Source: a virus (taxonomy: Duplodnaviria > Caudoviricetes). From it: DNA of 24,937 nucleotides. The position numbers and the translations under genes are program-made. The stretch's first letter is position 1; each line of letters starts with the position of its first letter. The stretch is from the IMG/VR virus record IMGVR_UViG_3300025652_000505, positions 1 through 24,937 of that record. The stretch is one strand, 5' to 3'. The notes beneath the pieces are model-generated. The model was not told the origin of the DNA and made no database searches. It was given only the letters and a program-made list of their open reading frames with translations. This document shows, piece by piece, positions 23,670 through 24,937 of the stretch.

Positions 23670-23898
23670 CTTTTTCTGGGATTAATTCATAAGAACCGTC
23701 TTTTAGATCTATGTTGATTTTACCATAAGACTCCTCTAGTTCTTTTTTAGATTTGTCTTGCTCAACCATTAGCTCTGCGTACATGTGATTTAAGCTGTGG
23801 ATTTGAGTTTGTAGTAATCCAAGATCATGAAGGATCGCTCCTTTTTTTTGCTCTTGCTCTTGTAATTGCTTTAATTCTGATTCTTTAATTTTTGACAT
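23653..23898 (-). CDS. Small coiled-coil protein (81 aa)
   Basis: ORF track. Heptad-rich, ending in YGKINIDLKDG. Follows the tail-fibre gene. Confidence 0.7.
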   Translation of the reverse strand: MSKIKESELKQLQEQEQKKGAILHDLGLLQTQIHSLNHMYAELMVEQDKSKKELEESYGKINIDLKDGSYELIPEKDEENK

Positions 23899-23932
23899 TT
23901 TATTATATTTTTTAAGTTATAAGACAAATATA

Positions 23933-24937
23933 CTAATTTTTACATTGACAGTTATTTTCTAGCATCTCAACTTTAGCAGTTAGTTCTTGTATTGCTTTAA
24001 CCATTACAGGAATTAACCTACCATAAGTAGCCTCAAGTTTTTCTGGGTTTTCTGAATATACTAATCTTAAAGACTCATCATCAATTTCTTGTAGTTCTTG
24101 AGCAATAAAACCAACATCTTTTTTTCCTTTGTTTTCGCTTTCATCTCTATTGTTCCAGTCAAAAGTAACAGGTCTTAAAGAATTAATTATATTTAAACCA
24201 TAATCAGAATCTTTAATATTTGTTTTATCTCGTTTATCAGATAATGAAGTAATACTTGTAACTTGACATCTTAAAGCTCCAATACTTGAATTTCCTAATG
24301 TAATTTCATTAGAAGCTGAAGTAGATGAACTTTGAGCAGTACTACCTATTATTACTGTATTACTGCCTGTTACATGACTTGTTCCAGAATTATAACCTAA
24401 AAATACATTGTTAGAGCCACTTGTATTGCTTTCTCCTGCTGACATACCTAAAGCAGTATTAAAATCTCCTGTAGTATTACTAATTAAAGTGCTTCTACCA
24501 ATAGCAGTACATCTGTCTGCAGAAGTAGCTTCCCTTAAAGAATAAACTCCTAAAGCAGTATTATAATTTCCGCCTGTTGCATTATATCCTGAATGATACC
24601 CTACATAAGTATTTTCAAAAGAACTTTGTAATAATCTACCTGCATTACCACCTATTAAAGTATTGCTATATCCTGATGTTATATTTTGACCTGCTGCAAA
24701 TCCTAATACAGAATTATCATCTCCTGTAACATTTTGATTGTCGACAGCTTGAGAACCTAAAATAGTATTTCTGTTTCCTGTTTGCATATACCTTCCTGCA
24801 ACAGCACCTATACAAGTGTTATTTTCTCCTTTGTTTCCATAACCTGCATAATAACCTACTCCTGTATTATAACTTCCAGAACTTGCATTAGCAACTCCAA
24901 ACATTGATTGCCTTCCTAAAGAAGTATTGTAGTTTCC
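23933..24937 (-). CDS. Tail fibre/spike, C-terminal part with peptidase S74 intramolecular chaperone (5' truncated by the window)
   Basis: About 14 aa N-T-x-x-G-x-x-A/S beta-solenoid repeats, then SDKRDK, LRPVTFDW, GFIAQE and a coiled coil. The frame stays open from 24904 to the edge (GNYNTSLGRQS). Confidence 0.85.
   Translation of the reverse strand, partial: GNYNTSLGRQSMFGVANASSGSYNTGVGYYAGYGNKGENNTCIGAVAGRYMQTGNRNTILGSQAVDNQNVTGDDNSVLGFAAGQNITSGYSNTLIGGNAGRLLQSSFENTYVGYHSGYNATGGNYNTALGVYSLREATSADRCTAIGRSTLISNTTGDFNTALGMSAGESNTSGSNNVFLGYNSGTSHVTGSNTVIIGSTAQSSSTSASNEITLGNSSIGALRCQVTSITSLSDKRDKTNIKDSDYGLNIINSLRPVTFDWNNRDESENKGKKDVGFIAQELQEIDDESLRLVYSENPEKLEATYGRLIPVMVKAIQELTAKVEMLENNCQCKN

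Noticed and set aside
24300-24937. Repeats in the tail-fibre gene as a CRISPR array or DGR variable region
   Set aside because: These are degenerate protein-level solenoid repeats. There are no identical repeat-spacer units, no reverse transcriptase and no template repeat in the window.
1-24937. tRNA genes, integrase, introns/inteins, alternative genetic code
   Set aside because: No cloverleaf, recombinase or splicing motifs were seen. Genes tile densely under the standard code, with TAA, TAG and TGA all used as stops.

Overview
This window is a 24.9 kb segment of an AT-rich tailed dsDNA phage genome, probably infecting Bacteroidota/Flavobacteriia (inferred from TTTG-N20-TAnnTT(A/T)G-type promoters and A-rich leaders without Shine-Dalgarno sequences). 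All credible genes lie on the minus strand. In transcription order (right to left) it contains: the 3' end of a tail-fibre gene with an S74 chaperone domain; a lysis module; NinG; early and replication genes (SSAP, SSB, AAA helicase-like ATPase, sigma factor, PD-(D/E)XK nuclease, 5'-3' exonuclease); and a translationally coupled cluster of ParB, SAM decarboxylase, a 92 aa unknown, a minimal amino-MTase fold and IbrA/IbrB-like genes. That cluster runs straight into terS/terL. After these come a micro-ORF cassette with its own promoter and terminator, tail genes, a tape-measure-like gene, XkdF-like protease, scaffold and the start of the major capsid gene. The best novel-system candidate is the speD + MTase-fold + PP-loop/ParB cluster, which may perform packaging-linked amine/aminopropyl DNA hypermodification (inference). 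Also read directly from the sequence: a putative -1 frameshift with a long dual-coding overlap, a three-copy late-promoter motif abutting start codons, and about ten small ORFs missed by the ORF track. All protein calls come from motif recognition by eye; no searches were run.
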